A stretch of 64,000 nt of DNA from positions 1 to 64,000 of the forward strand of contig NZ_JBEBMH010000002.1 in the NCBI RefSeq assembly GCF_040081985.1, in the 5' to 3' direction. How positions within the stretch are numbered: the stretch's first letter is position 1; the number at the start of each line of letters is the position of its first letter. This DNA is from Mesorhizobium yinganensis. GTDB lineage: Bacteria; Pseudomonadota; Alphaproteobacteria; Rhizobiales; Rhizobiaceae. Positions 56,750 to 64,000 of this stretch are shown in pieces. The translations under genes and the position numbers were made by a program. Below the pieces are notes generated by a model. It was not told the DNA's origin and made no database searches. It saw only the letters and a program-made list of their open reading frames with translations.

Positions 56750-57165
56750 GGGGTGGCGGCTGCCACCGCTTTGGCGGAATCGAACAGATCGATCATAGAA
56801 ACGGCCTTGCCGTCCTTAAACTCCCATAGATTGGAAATGCGACACTCAGCCTTCCTACCGGTTATTTTGTGCTTATACGCACATTTGCCGAACATTGCGA
56901 TTTTGTCACCTTGCTCTACGTAGGTCTCCGGCGTGAAGTGAACCATTTCCCATTCGTCAAATATTCCATTGAGATAGGCAACCGAAGCTGATTTCTCCAT
57001 GCGACCCATCGCAAACTCTAAACCTGGCGTCGCCTGTTCGACGCTGGCAATACGGAAATTCTCTGCCATAAGCGCCTCTAGCTGACTGACATTAGCCGTC
57101 AACTTGCTCTTGCCCCAAGCGGCATAAGCAGCCTTCAAATTCGTGAGGTTCTTACTATCGGACAT
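56746..57165 (-). CDS. SnoaL/NTF2-like small protein (AT-rich, probably horizontally acquired)
   Basis: An internal ATG gives MSDSKNLTNLKAAYAAWGKSKLTANVSQLEALMAENFRIASV..., 139 aa. Local GC is about 48% against about 64% in the flanks. Confidence 0.55.
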   Translation of the reverse strand: MSDSKNLTNLKAAYAAWGKSKLTANVSQLEALMAENFRIASVEQATPGLEFAMGRMEKSASVAYLNGIFDEWEMVHFTPETYVEQGDKIAMFGKCAYKHKITGRKAECRISNLWEFKDGKAVSMIDLFDSAKAVAAATP

Positions 57166-57251
57166 AATAACCCTCCCTAATCGGTGCGAGCTTATCTTGC
57201 TGCCAATGCTTTCGTTCCGCAAGTCGTTATGGCTCGGATACTTTTCCGTTC

Positions 57252-58721
57252 TTACCGCGCCAACGCAAAAACCGCATCGCAGTCGAGACGCTTCTCCAGT
57301 TCCGCAGCCACGTCGTCCAGTGCGCGCTCGACCTCCGCGCGATAGTCGATGCCGCCGCCCTTGACGCCGAGACTTTCCAGCAAGCGGGTGCGGAACAGGT
57401 CGGCGTGAAACAATCCGTGCATGTAGGTGCCGAACACTTTTCCGTCGGCGGAGGTCGCGCCATCCTCGACACCGCCGATCAGCGTCGCAGGACGCAGGCA
57501 ATCCGGGCCAAAGGTGCGGCCAAGATGGATCTCATAGCCGGACAGCGGCGCATCGAAGGCGAGCGACCGCGCGGTCACGTTGCGCACTGTCTTTTCCGGC
57601 TCCATCACTGTCTCGATATCGAGCAGGCCGAGCCCCGGCGTCTCACGCACGCTGCCCTCAATGCCATCTGGATCGCGCACGACGTGGCCGAGCATCTGGA
57701 ACCCGCCGCAGACGCCGACCACATGGCCGCCGCGCCGGCGGTGAGCCTTAAGGTCATCGTCCCAGCCATTCTTGCGAAATTCGATCAGGTCGCCAATCGT
57801 CGATTTCGAGCCTGGGATGACGACCAACCCGGCATCCTGCGGCAACCGCTCGCCGGGCGGGACGAACACGACCTCCACCTGTGGCTCGGCCTTCAACGGA
57901 TCGAGATCGTCGAAATTGGCGATGCGCGCCAGCATCGGCACCGCGATCTTGAGAGCCCGCCGCTCGCCGGCCGCCAGCCTCTCGAGCACGACCGAATCCT
58001 CGGACGGCAGCATTGCGGCCGCCTTCAGCCAAGGCACGACGCCAAAACAGCGCCAGCCGGTGAAACCCTGGATCGCCTTGATTCCGTCGTCGAACAGCGA
58101 GGCATCGCCGCGGAACTTGTTTATGAGATAACCGGCAATCATTCTCCGGTCTTCGTCCGGCAGGATGAGATGCGTGCCGGCCACCGACGCGATCACCCCG
58201 CCGCGGTCGATGTCGCCGACCAGGACGACCGGAACGTTGGCGCGCGTCGCAAAGCCCATATTGGCGATGTCGCGCGGCCGAAGGTTGATCTCCGCCGGCG
58301 AGCCCGCGCCCTCGACGATGACGAGGTCGGCACCCTCCCCGACCTTGGCCCAAGACTCCATCACGGCATCCATCAGCTTGGGTTTCAGTGCCTGGTAGTC
58401 CCGCGCCTTCGCCTGGCCGAACATTTTTCCCTGAACGATGATCTGCGAGCCGATGTCGCTTTGCGGCTTCAGCAGCACCGGGTTCATGTGCACCGAGGGC
58501 GCGACCCCGCAGGCAATCGCCTGCAGCCATTGCGCACGGCCGATCTCGCCGCCACCGGCCTCGCCGGGAATGTCGGCCACCGCGGCGTTGTTCGACATGT
58601 TCTGCGGCTTGAACGGCTTTACCTTCAGCCCGCGCCTTAGCGCCGCGCGGCAGAGCCCCGCGACCAGCACCGTCTTGCCGACATCCGAGCCGGTTCCCTG
58701 AAGCATGATCGCACGTGCCAT
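57252..58721 (-). CDS. cobQ: Cobyric acid synthase
   Basis: MARAIMLQGTGSDVGKTVLVAGLCRA is the CobQ N-terminus (ATP-binding). C-terminal glutamine amidotransferase domain with GVCGGFQMLG. About 489 aa. Confidence 0.85.
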   Translation of the reverse strand: MARAIMLQGTGSDVGKTVLVAGLCRAALRRGLKVKPFKPQNMSNNAAVADIPGEAGGGEIGRAQWLQAIACGVAPSVHMNPVLLKPQSDIGSQIIVQGKMFGQAKARDYQALKPKLMDAVMESWAKVGEGADLVIVEGAGSPAEINLRPRDIANMGFATRANVPVVLVGDIDRGGVIASVAGTHLILPDEDRRMIAGYLINKFRGDASLFDDGIKAIQGFTGWRCFGVVPWLKAAAMLPSEDSVVLERLAAGERRALKIAVPMLARIANFDDLDPLKAEPQVEVVFVPPGERLPQDAGLVVIPGSKSTIGDLIEFRKNGWDDDLKAHRRRGGHVVGVCGGFQMLGHVVRDPDGIEGSVRETPGLGLLDIETVMEPEKTVRNVTARSLAFDAPLSGYEIHLGRTFGPDCLRPATLIGGVEDGATSADGKVFGTYMHGLFHADLFRTRLLESLGVKGGGIDYRAEVERALDDVAAELEKRLDCDAVFALAR

Positions 58722-58723
58722 GC

Positions 58724-59323
58724 TCAGCGTCCCTCGCCGATGACCGAGCGCTGCGCCAGCGGCCCTCCGCGCCACAGATAGACGGCGAGCAGTGGATCGT
58801 CGCCGGTCCGCATGGCGTGATTGACGTTGGACGGGTGGTGGATGATGTCACCTGCCTCGCGAACCACAAAATCACCAACGCCCTTGCGCCATTCGGTGCC
58901 ACCGGTCAGCGGAACGTAGATCTCTTCTGCAATGTGATGGTGATCGGGATAATGCGCGTGCGGCCCGAGGATGAGGAATCCTGCCGCGATATCGTCATGC
59001 ACAAAATGCCCGCGCGAGCCGAGAACTTCGAGCCAGCCATAATTGTCGACGAAGTTCTGGCCGAAATCGGCGGCCGTGTAGGTCTGGCCCCAGCAGAACT
59101 GGTCGCGCTGCATTGCGACAACAGTTGCCAACGCTTCACCCGGCGTCGGCGCTATCTCGACGATCCTGTCGAGATGACCAAGGCATGCCAGCCGATTCGG
59201 AGTTAGCGCCCGTTCCTCCATCGCATTATCCAAGGCCGCGAAAAACCTCGGCGGCAGCCGATCCGAGATTTCGGTCAGATAGCCCAGGAAAGCCTGGAGC
59301 AGCCTTGCAGCAGTCGCAGTCAC
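58724..59323 (-). CDS. Cupin-domain protein (His-rich metal site; function unknown)
   Basis: GPHAHYPDHHHIAEEIYVPLTGG and AGDIIHHPSNVNHAMRTG are two His-rich cupin motifs. It is immediately upstream of cobQ in the same orientation. Confidence 0.5.
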   Translation of the reverse strand: MTATAARLLQAFLGYLTEISDRLPPRFFAALDNAMEERALTPNRLACLGHLDRIVEIAPTPGEALATVVAMQRDQFCWGQTYTAADFGQNFVDNYGWLEVLGSRGHFVHDDIAAGFLILGPHAHYPDHHHIAEEIYVPLTGGTEWRKGVGDFVVREAGDIIHHPSNVNHAMRTGDDPLLAVYLWRGGPLAQRSVIGEGR

Positions 59324-59439
59324 GCAAACCTCGATCTATAATTTTCGCACAACCGATGCGCGGCCTGGCCGGTTTGCGCGGCGGCATCATTGGTCTAGAT
59401 TGAGGCCGAGGCATAGCCAAAAACGTCGGGAGGACGCCC

Positions 59440-60606
59440 ATGGACACCGCAGTCGATCCGGCCGCCACGCAATTCGATCTTTCCGAGGATCAGCGTGCCA
59501 TCAAGGAGATGGCGGAGGCTTTTGCCGCCGACCGTGTGGCGCCGAACGCGCTCGACTGGGACAGCAAGCGGCATTTCCCGGCGGACGTGATCAGGGAGAC
59601 CGGTCCGCTGGGCTTTGGCGGAATCTATGTCCGCGACGATGTCGGCGGCTCCGGCCTGAAGCGCCTGGATGCCGTGCTTGTCTTCGAGGCGCTGTCACGT
59701 GCCTGCCCGGGCTTCGCCTCCTTCATCTCCATCCACAATATGGGCGCCTGGATGATCGACCGGTTCGGCAGCAAGGAACAGCGCCAGCGTTTCCTTCCGA
59801 AGCTGACAACCATGGAGTGGCTCGCCAGCTATTGCCTCACCGAGCCCGGTTCCGGCTCCGATGCCGCGGCGCTGAAGACACGCGCCGTTCGTGAAGGCGA
59901 CCACTATGTGCTGAACGGTACGAAACAGTTCATTTCCGGCGCAGGAGACAGTGACGTCTACGTCGTCATGGTCCGCACCGGCGCCGATGGACCGAAGGGC
60001 ATCTCGACGCTGGTGGTCGAGAAGGGCACGCCGGGGCTCTCCTTCGGGGGGCTGGAGCACAAGATGGGTTGGCACATGCAGTCGACCCGCCAGGTGATTT
60101 TTTCGGATTGCCGCGTGCCGGTTGCAAATCGCCTCTCCGAGGAAGGCGCCGGATTTTCGATCGCCATGGCCGGACTGGACGGCGGACGCCTTAACATTGG
60201 CGCCTGCTCGCTCGGCGGCGCCCAGTCGGCGCTGGACAAGGCTGTCGCCTATGCCGGCGAGCGAAAGGCATTCGGCAAGGCGATCCGTGAGTTCCAGGCG
60301 CTGCAGTTCAAGCTGGCCGACATGGAGACGGAGTTGCAGGCGGCAAGAATTTTCCTCTATGCCGCCGCGTCAAAACTCGATGCAAAAAGCCCAGAAGCCG
60401 GCAAATGGTCGGCGATGGCAAAACGCTTTGTCACCGACATCGGCTTCCAGGTGGCAAACGACGCGCTGCAGGTCCACGGCGGCTACGGCTATCTCCACGA
60501 CTACGGCATCGAGAAACTGGTGCGCGACCTGCGCGTCCATCAAATTCTCGAAGGCACCAATGAGATCATGCGGATGATCGTGGCGAGGACGTTGGTGGGG
60601 AAGTAG
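59440..60606 (+). CDS. Acyl-CoA dehydrogenase (isobutyryl-CoA dehydrogenase-like, valine catabolism)
   Basis: 388 aa. ACAD blocks YCLTEPGSGSDAAAL and QVHGGYGYLHDYGIEKLVRDLRVHQILEGTNEIMRMIV (catalytic Glu region). It is paired with mmsB downstream. Confidence 0.85.
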   Translation: MDTAVDPAATQFDLSEDQRAIKEMAEAFAADRVAPNALDWDSKRHFPADVIRETGPLGFGGIYVRDDVGGSGLKRLDAVLVFEALSRACPGFASFISIHNMGAWMIDRFGSKEQRQRFLPKLTTMEWLASYCLTEPGSGSDAAALKTRAVREGDHYVLNGTKQFISGAGDSDVYVVMVRTGADGPKGISTLVVEKGTPGLSFGGLEHKMGWHMQSTRQVIFSDCRVPVANRLSEEGAGFSIAMAGLDGGRLNIGACSLGGAQSALDKAVAYAGERKAFGKAIREFQALQFKLADMETELQAARIFLYAAASKLDAKSPEAGKWSAMAKRFVTDIGFQVANDALQVHGGYGYLHDYGIEKLVRDLRVHQILEGTNEIMRMIVARTLVGK

Positions 60607-60608
60607 AT

Positions 60609-60660
60609 CTAGGGCAGTAGGGCAGTAGGGCAGTAGGGCAGTAGGGCAGTAGGGCAGTAG
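60609..60660 (+). repeat. Tandem octamer array (TAGGGCAG)x6, left boundary of cassette
   Basis: ctagggcagtagggcagtagggcagtagggcagtagggcagtagggcagtagg starts 3 nt after the acdH stop. It places TAG stop codons in all three plus-strand frames. Confidence 0.85.
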
Positions 60661-60667
60661 GAAAAGG

Positions 60668-61036
60668 ATGCCCGAGAAGATCGATTCTTACAGGGACCTG
60701 GTCGTCTGGCAACAGGCGATAGATTTGGCTGTGGCCGTGTACGAAACGACAAGCAACTGGCCGAGGGACGAAGTCTACGGGTTAACCAGGCAAGCTCGTA
60801 GGGCGGCCACGTCCGTTCCCGCCAACATCGCCGAAGGATATGGCAGGGAAAATGTTGGCTCCTATCAGCAGTTCCTGAGGATCGCGCAAGGATCGTTAAA
60901 AGAGCTGGAGACGCATCTATTGATCGCACAACGCATAGGCATCGCATCGCGCGATGGAATCGGCCCCTTGCTAACCAGCAGTGAGAGCGTCGGAAAATTG
61001 CTGCGCCTTCTGATCCGAAGGCTCTCGAACGACTAA
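60668..61036 (+). CDS. Four-helix-bundle protein (23S rRNA intervening-sequence protein family)
   Basis: RBS aaaagg then ATG. MPEKIDSYRDLVVWQQAIDLAVAVYETTSNWPRDEVYGLTRQARRAATSVPANIAEGYGRENVGSYQQFLRIAQGSLKELETHLLIAQRIG carries the family hallmark blocks (L.VWQ.A, R.A..SI.ANIAEG, A.GS..E...L). GC is lower than in the flanks. Confidence 0.7.
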   Translation: MPEKIDSYRDLVVWQQAIDLAVAVYETTSNWPRDEVYGLTRQARRAATSVPANIAEGYGRENVGSYQQFLRIAQGSLKELETHLLIAQRIGIASRDGIGPLLTSSESVGKLLRLLIRRLSND

Positions 61037-61087
61037 CCCTACTGCCCTACTGCCCTACTGCCCTACTGCCCTACTGCCCTACTGCCC
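61037..61087 (+). repeat. Tandem octamer array (CCCTACTG)x6, exact reverse complement of the left array; right boundary of cassette
   Basis: ccctactgccctactgccctactgccctactgccctactgccctactgccc begins immediately after the TAA stop. It puts stops in all three minus-strand frames. Confidence 0.85.
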
Positions 61088-61114
61088 TTTCCACCGCCAT
61101 TCAGGAGCACGCAC

Positions 61115-61999
61115 ATGCCAACCATCGCATTCATCGGCCTCGGCAACATGGGCAACCCGATGGCGGCCAATCTGGTAAAGGCCGGGCACGCGGTACAGGG
61201 GTTTGACCTGATCCCCGAAAACCTCGCCACGGCAAAGGACCACGGCGTCGCCATCATGGCCAACGCCCATGCGGCGGTGAAGGACGCCGAAATCGTCATC
61301 ACCATGCTGCCGGCCGGCAAGCATGTCGTCTCGGTCTATGAAGACATCGTGCCGAACGTCGCCGACGGCGCGCTCCTGATCGACAGTTCGACGATCGACA
61401 TCGAATCGGCGCGCAAGGCGCACGGTATCGCGGCGCGGCGGGGCCTGCTTTCAGTCGACGCCCCGGTGTCGGGCGGCACCGGCGGCGCGGTCGCCGGCAC
61501 GCTGACCTTCATGGCGGGCGGCAGCGCCGAGGCCTTTACCAAGGCCGAGCCTGTGCTGAAGCCGATGGCCGGTCGCATCGTTCATTGCGGCGAGGCCGGC
61601 ACCGGTCAGGCGGCGAAAATCTGCAACAACATGATGCTCGGCATCTCGATGATCGGCGTCGCCGAAGCCTTCGTGCTGGCCGAAAAGATCGGGCTGACAC
61701 ATCAGGCGCTTTTCGATGTCGCCTCGACTTCGTCCGGCCAGTGCTGGTCGTTGACCACCTATTGCCCGGTGCCCGGCCCCGTCCCCAGTTCGCCGGCCAA
61801 TCGCGACTACAAGCCCGGCTTCGCCGCGGCACTGATGCTGAAGGATCTGAAGCTCGCGCAGGAGGCCGCGCAATCCTCCGGCGTCGCCACGCCGCTCGGC
61901 GCGCAGGCCGCGCAACTCTACGCGCTGTTCTCGGGACTCGGCCATGCCGGCAGCGATTTCTCCGGCATCATCCGCATGCTGCGCGGTGACGTTGGGTAA
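61115..61999 (+). CDS. mmsB: 3-hydroxyisobutyrate dehydrogenase
   Basis: MPTIAFIGLGNMGNPMAANL (NAD-binding GxGxxG), DAPVSGG, and catalytic Lys region AAKICNNMML. 294 aa. Confidence 0.85.
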   Translation: MPTIAFIGLGNMGNPMAANLVKAGHAVQGFDLIPENLATAKDHGVAIMANAHAAVKDAEIVITMLPAGKHVVSVYEDIVPNVADGALLIDSSTIDIESARKAHGIAARRGLLSVDAPVSGGTGGAVAGTLTFMAGGSAEAFTKAEPVLKPMAGRIVHCGEAGTGQAAKICNNMMLGISMIGVAEAFVLAEKIGLTHQALFDVASTSSGQCWSLTTYCPVPGPVPSSPANRDYKPGFAAALMLKDLKLAQEAAQSSGVATPLGAQAAQLYALFSGLGHAGSDFSGIIRMLRGDVG

Positions 62000-62202
62000 T
62001 CGCGAAATCTCTTCTGTTAAGGTCGAAAAGAGGCGCGTTTAGGTTTGCTTAAGCTCTTGCTAACCGTGCGGTAAGACTATCCAGGTACAAACAACCCAGA
62101 TCGGTCATCGCAGCCGCTCTCACGCTCCGGATCAGGTATTGCGTACCGGAGCCGTCATCTTCGCAGTGTAATGCGTAGCGAAGGCCATGCGTATTTTGGC
62201 AA

Positions 62203-62240
62203 GACCGCGCCCTTTCGCCCATCGAAAGGCGCGGTTTTTC
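62203..62240 (+). terminator. Rho-independent terminator
   Basis: accgcgccctttcgcccatcgaaaggcgcggtttttcc: a 12-bp GC-rich stem, 5-nt loop and T5 run. Confidence 0.6.
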
Positions 62241-62285
62241 CAGTTCGCCAACCCTTCCGCTCGGAACCCACTATCAGGCGCGCTG

Positions 62286-62654
62286 TCACGTGCCCTTGGA
62301 TCGCGCGCTCAACCGTCGATAGTTAGCCTTGACCCTCCTGCCCACGGGTTTCAGCGCCGCGTGCATCGCCTGCTCGGCGGCCACCCCGTTCAGCATCGAC
62401 GGCGTCCTGCCGGACAGCAGTTCGGGCCAGAAGCGCATGGCCGCGCCCGCCACGGACACTTGCGCCGCGGCCATGCCTTGCGCCATCGCCATGCCTTTCT
62501 CGGTTACGGCCCTCATTGTCTCTATGCCGCCCGCCCCGGCATTGGTTTCACTGGCAAGCAGCGGAATCCGCATCCACATCACCATCGGCGCCAGCATCAG
62601 GTTGGACGCCACTTCGGCAGCATTGCGGAGATTTCCCGCGCGACGTCTTGCCAT
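62286..62654 (-). CDS. Hypothetical Ala/Met-rich protein
   Basis: ORF 62286..62795 with a plausible internal start MARRRAGNLRNAAEVASNL... It has helical, low-complexity composition and no motif recognised. It overlaps the downstream gene if the long start is used. Confidence 0.25.
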   Translation of the reverse strand: MARRRAGNLRNAAEVASNLMLAPMVMWMRIPLLASETNAGAGGIETMRAVTEKGMAMAQGMAAAQVSVAGAAMRFWPELLSGRTPSMLNGVAAEQAMHAALKPVGRRVKANYRRLSARSKGT

Positions 62655-62727
62655 GATGGAACATCCCCCAGAAGCTTCGGAATCGATTGCAATAGTTTGG
62701 ATAGACAGCGGAAAGTCGAACGTCCGA

Positions 62728-63138
62728 TCAGTCGTGTGGCTGGAATTGCACATCGACCGGAGGACGCAACGCATTGGCCAGCCGATTGGTTTCATTGGCC
62801 ATGCCGACCACCGAAAGCACTTCCATGAACTGCTCTTCGGTCATGCCCTTGGCGCGCGCACCGGCCGTGTGCGAATAGGTGCAGTATTCGCAGCCATTGG
62901 TTGCCGAGACGGCGATGTAGATCAGTTCCTTGGTCAGCGGATCGAGCGCGCCGGGCGCCATCACCTGTTTGATCGATTCCCACGTGCGCTTGAGCAGAGC
63001 CGGGTCATGCGCCAGCACCTTCCAGAAATTGTTGATCCAGTCGGATTTTCGGGTCTCCATGATGTCGTCATAGACGGCCCGCACCTCGGCGTCTGCCATC
63101 TCGTATTCCACCAAAGTCACCAGCGCCTTGCCCGACAT
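62728..63138 (-). CDS. Carboxymuconolactone-decarboxylase (AhpD-like) family protein
   Basis: An internal ATG gives MSGKALVTLVEYEMADAEVRAVYDDIMETRKSDWINNFWKVLAHDP... with the CMD core motif NGCEYCTYSH. Confidence 0.7.
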   Translation of the reverse strand: MSGKALVTLVEYEMADAEVRAVYDDIMETRKSDWINNFWKVLAHDPALLKRTWESIKQVMAPGALDPLTKELIYIAVSATNGCEYCTYSHTAGARAKGMTEEQFMEVLSVVGMANETNRLANALRPPVDVQFQPHD

Positions 63139-63213
63139 CCACTTTCTCCGATTTGAAATGTTTCGGGGCGAAGCCGAAGCTCCGCCCCCGTTGAATTGCA
63201 ACGCCGCGCCTGG

Positions 63214-64000
63214 TTACTTCGCCTTGCTCAAATCCGCGAAGGCAAGATCCAGGGCCTTCGCGATCCGGTCGCCTGCCATATCAATCGTGTCGCGCGTCCA
63301 CATGATCGGCGGCGACAGGATCATCGTGTCGCCGGTCGCTCGCATCATCATGCCCTGCGCGATCGCGTGGTCGCGGATGACGACCGCGGCGCTGCCGGCA
63401 GGCAGGAAACGCTCGCGCGTCGCCTTGTCCTTGACGATCTCGATGGCGCCCATCAGGCCGATGCTGCGCACCTCGCCGACCAGCGGATGGTCCGCCACCT
63501 TCTCCTGCAGCATCTTTGCGAAATACGGCCCGGTGTCTTCGCGCACCCGCTCGACCAGCCCTTCCCGCTCGATGATCTCGAGATTGGCGAGACCGACCGC
63601 GCAGGCCACCGGATGTCCGGAATAGGTATAGCCGTGGTGGAACTCGCCGCCCTTCTCTTCGAGCGTTCTGGCGATCCGGTCGCCGACCAGCAGGGCGGAC
63701 AGCGGCAGGTAGCCGGAGGTCAGCGCCTTGGCTGTGGTGATCGTATCCGGCTCGATGCCGTAGGTCTCGGCGGCGAACCAATTGCCGGTGCGCCCATAGC
63801 CGGTAATCACCTCGTCGAGCATCAGGAGCACGTCGTATTTGCGGCAGATGCGCTGCACCTCGGGCCAGTAGCTCGCCGGCGGTATTTTTACGCCTCCCGC
63901 CCCCATCACAGGCTCGCCGATGAAGGCGGCGACCTTGTCGGCGCCGGCTTCGAGAATGGCGTCCTCGACGGCCTTCGCCGCCCGCAGACCGAATTCATGG
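63214..64000 (-). CDS. Class-III (omega) aminotransferase, C-terminal part (gene continues beyond right window edge)
   Basis: The reading frame continues upstream of 63909 to the window end (…GEPVMGAGGVKIPP…). PLP-Lys region LLMLDEVITGYGRTGNWFAAE...ITTAKALTSGYLP is typical of the aspartate aminotransferase superfamily class III. Confidence 0.8.
   Translation of the reverse strand, partial: HEFGLRAAKAVEDAILEAGADKVAAFIGEPVMGAGGVKIPPASYWPEVQRICRKYDVLLMLDEVITGYGRTGNWFAAETYGIEPDTITTAKALTSGYLPLSALLVGDRIARTLEEKGGEFHHGYTYSGHPVACAVGLANLEIIEREGLVERVREDTGPYFAKMLQEKVADHPLVGEVRSIGLMGAIEIVKDKATRERFLPAGSAAVVIRDHAIAQGMMMRATGDTMILSPPIMWTRDTIDMAGDRIAKALDLAFADLSKAK

Noticed and set aside
57405-58902. 411-aa plus and 382-aa minus alternative-frame ORFs over cobQ
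   Set aside because: High-GC frame artefacts. The cobQ frame has the P-loop and GATase motifs.
59324-59440. Cobalamin riboswitch upstream of the cupin-cobQ pair
   Set aside because: The intergenic region is about 115 bp and lacks the conserved B12-box. This is too short for a cobalamin riboswitch.
60609-61087. Octamer arrays considered as a possible CRISPR array or simple microsatellite
   Set aside because: There are no spacers and the period is 8 bp, so it is not CRISPR. I did not treat it as a plain microsatellite because the two arrays are exact reverse complements precisely bracketing one ORF.

Overview
This is a high-GC (about 63-65%) chromosomal segment of a Rhizobiales alpha-proteobacterium, probably Mesorhizobium-like. 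The evidence is RirA, the AcpXL/LpxXL lipid-A genes and RIME/REP-type palindromic repeats. I read roughly 65 coding sequences, two tandem tRNA genes and several repeat elements, and I give each in order below with per-gene evidence.

The features I regard as ordinary, in window order:
- a truncated IS3-family transposase orfA abutting an orphan TadG-like pilus gene;
- the rpsF-rpsR-rplI ribosomal operon with a clean intrinsic terminator;
- rirA next to a complete heme-uptake locus (hmuPSTUV, with hmuR divergent), carrying candidate RirA boxes (TGA-N9-TCA);
- an ABM monooxygenase and a VOC enzyme, then putA with its divergent putR;
- a di-heme cytochrome c peroxidase paired with a FixH/YtkA-like protein;
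- sugar and GABA catabolism genes (PfkB kinase, aldose epimerase, gabD);
- an arylsulfatase;
- two tandem tRNA genes, followed by an SPFH-domain gene and an uncharacterised three-gene operon of a membrane protein, a secreted HExxH metallopeptidase and a small secreted protein;
- the rhizobial very-long-chain-fatty-acid lipid-A cluster (acpXL, fabF2XL, fabF1XL, adhA2XL, lpxXL);
- a three-subunit molybdopterin oxidoreductase (DmsABC-like, no Tat signal) whose cistrons are separated by large palindromic elements;
- an L,D-transpeptidase, an M20 peptidase and OsmC;
- a peptide/glutathione-type ABC importer with a fused double ATPase;
- TerB, a frameshifted TauE/SafE pseudogene, DUF805, and an AraC-regulated VOC/cupin pair;
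- an AT-rich SnoaL-like insertion;
- a cupin-cobQ pair;
- a valine-catabolism pair (acyl-CoA dehydrogenase and mmsB);
- a CMD-family gene and a partial class-III aminotransferase.

Four structures stand out as unusual.
- The acdH-mmsB pair is split by a low-GC cassette encoding a four-helix-bundle (23S-rRNA-IVS-type) protein, bounded by perfect inverted arrays of a GGGCAGTA octamer.
- A RIME-like palindromic repeat is embedded in frame inside the linker of the fused ABC ATPase.
- The tRNA pair is irregular and adjoins the uncharacterised three-gene operon.
- A roughly 200-nt non-coding stretch after mmsB ends in a strong intrinsic terminator and may be an sRNA.

All calls rest on ORF structure, motifs I can read directly and family knowledge. 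No database search was run.
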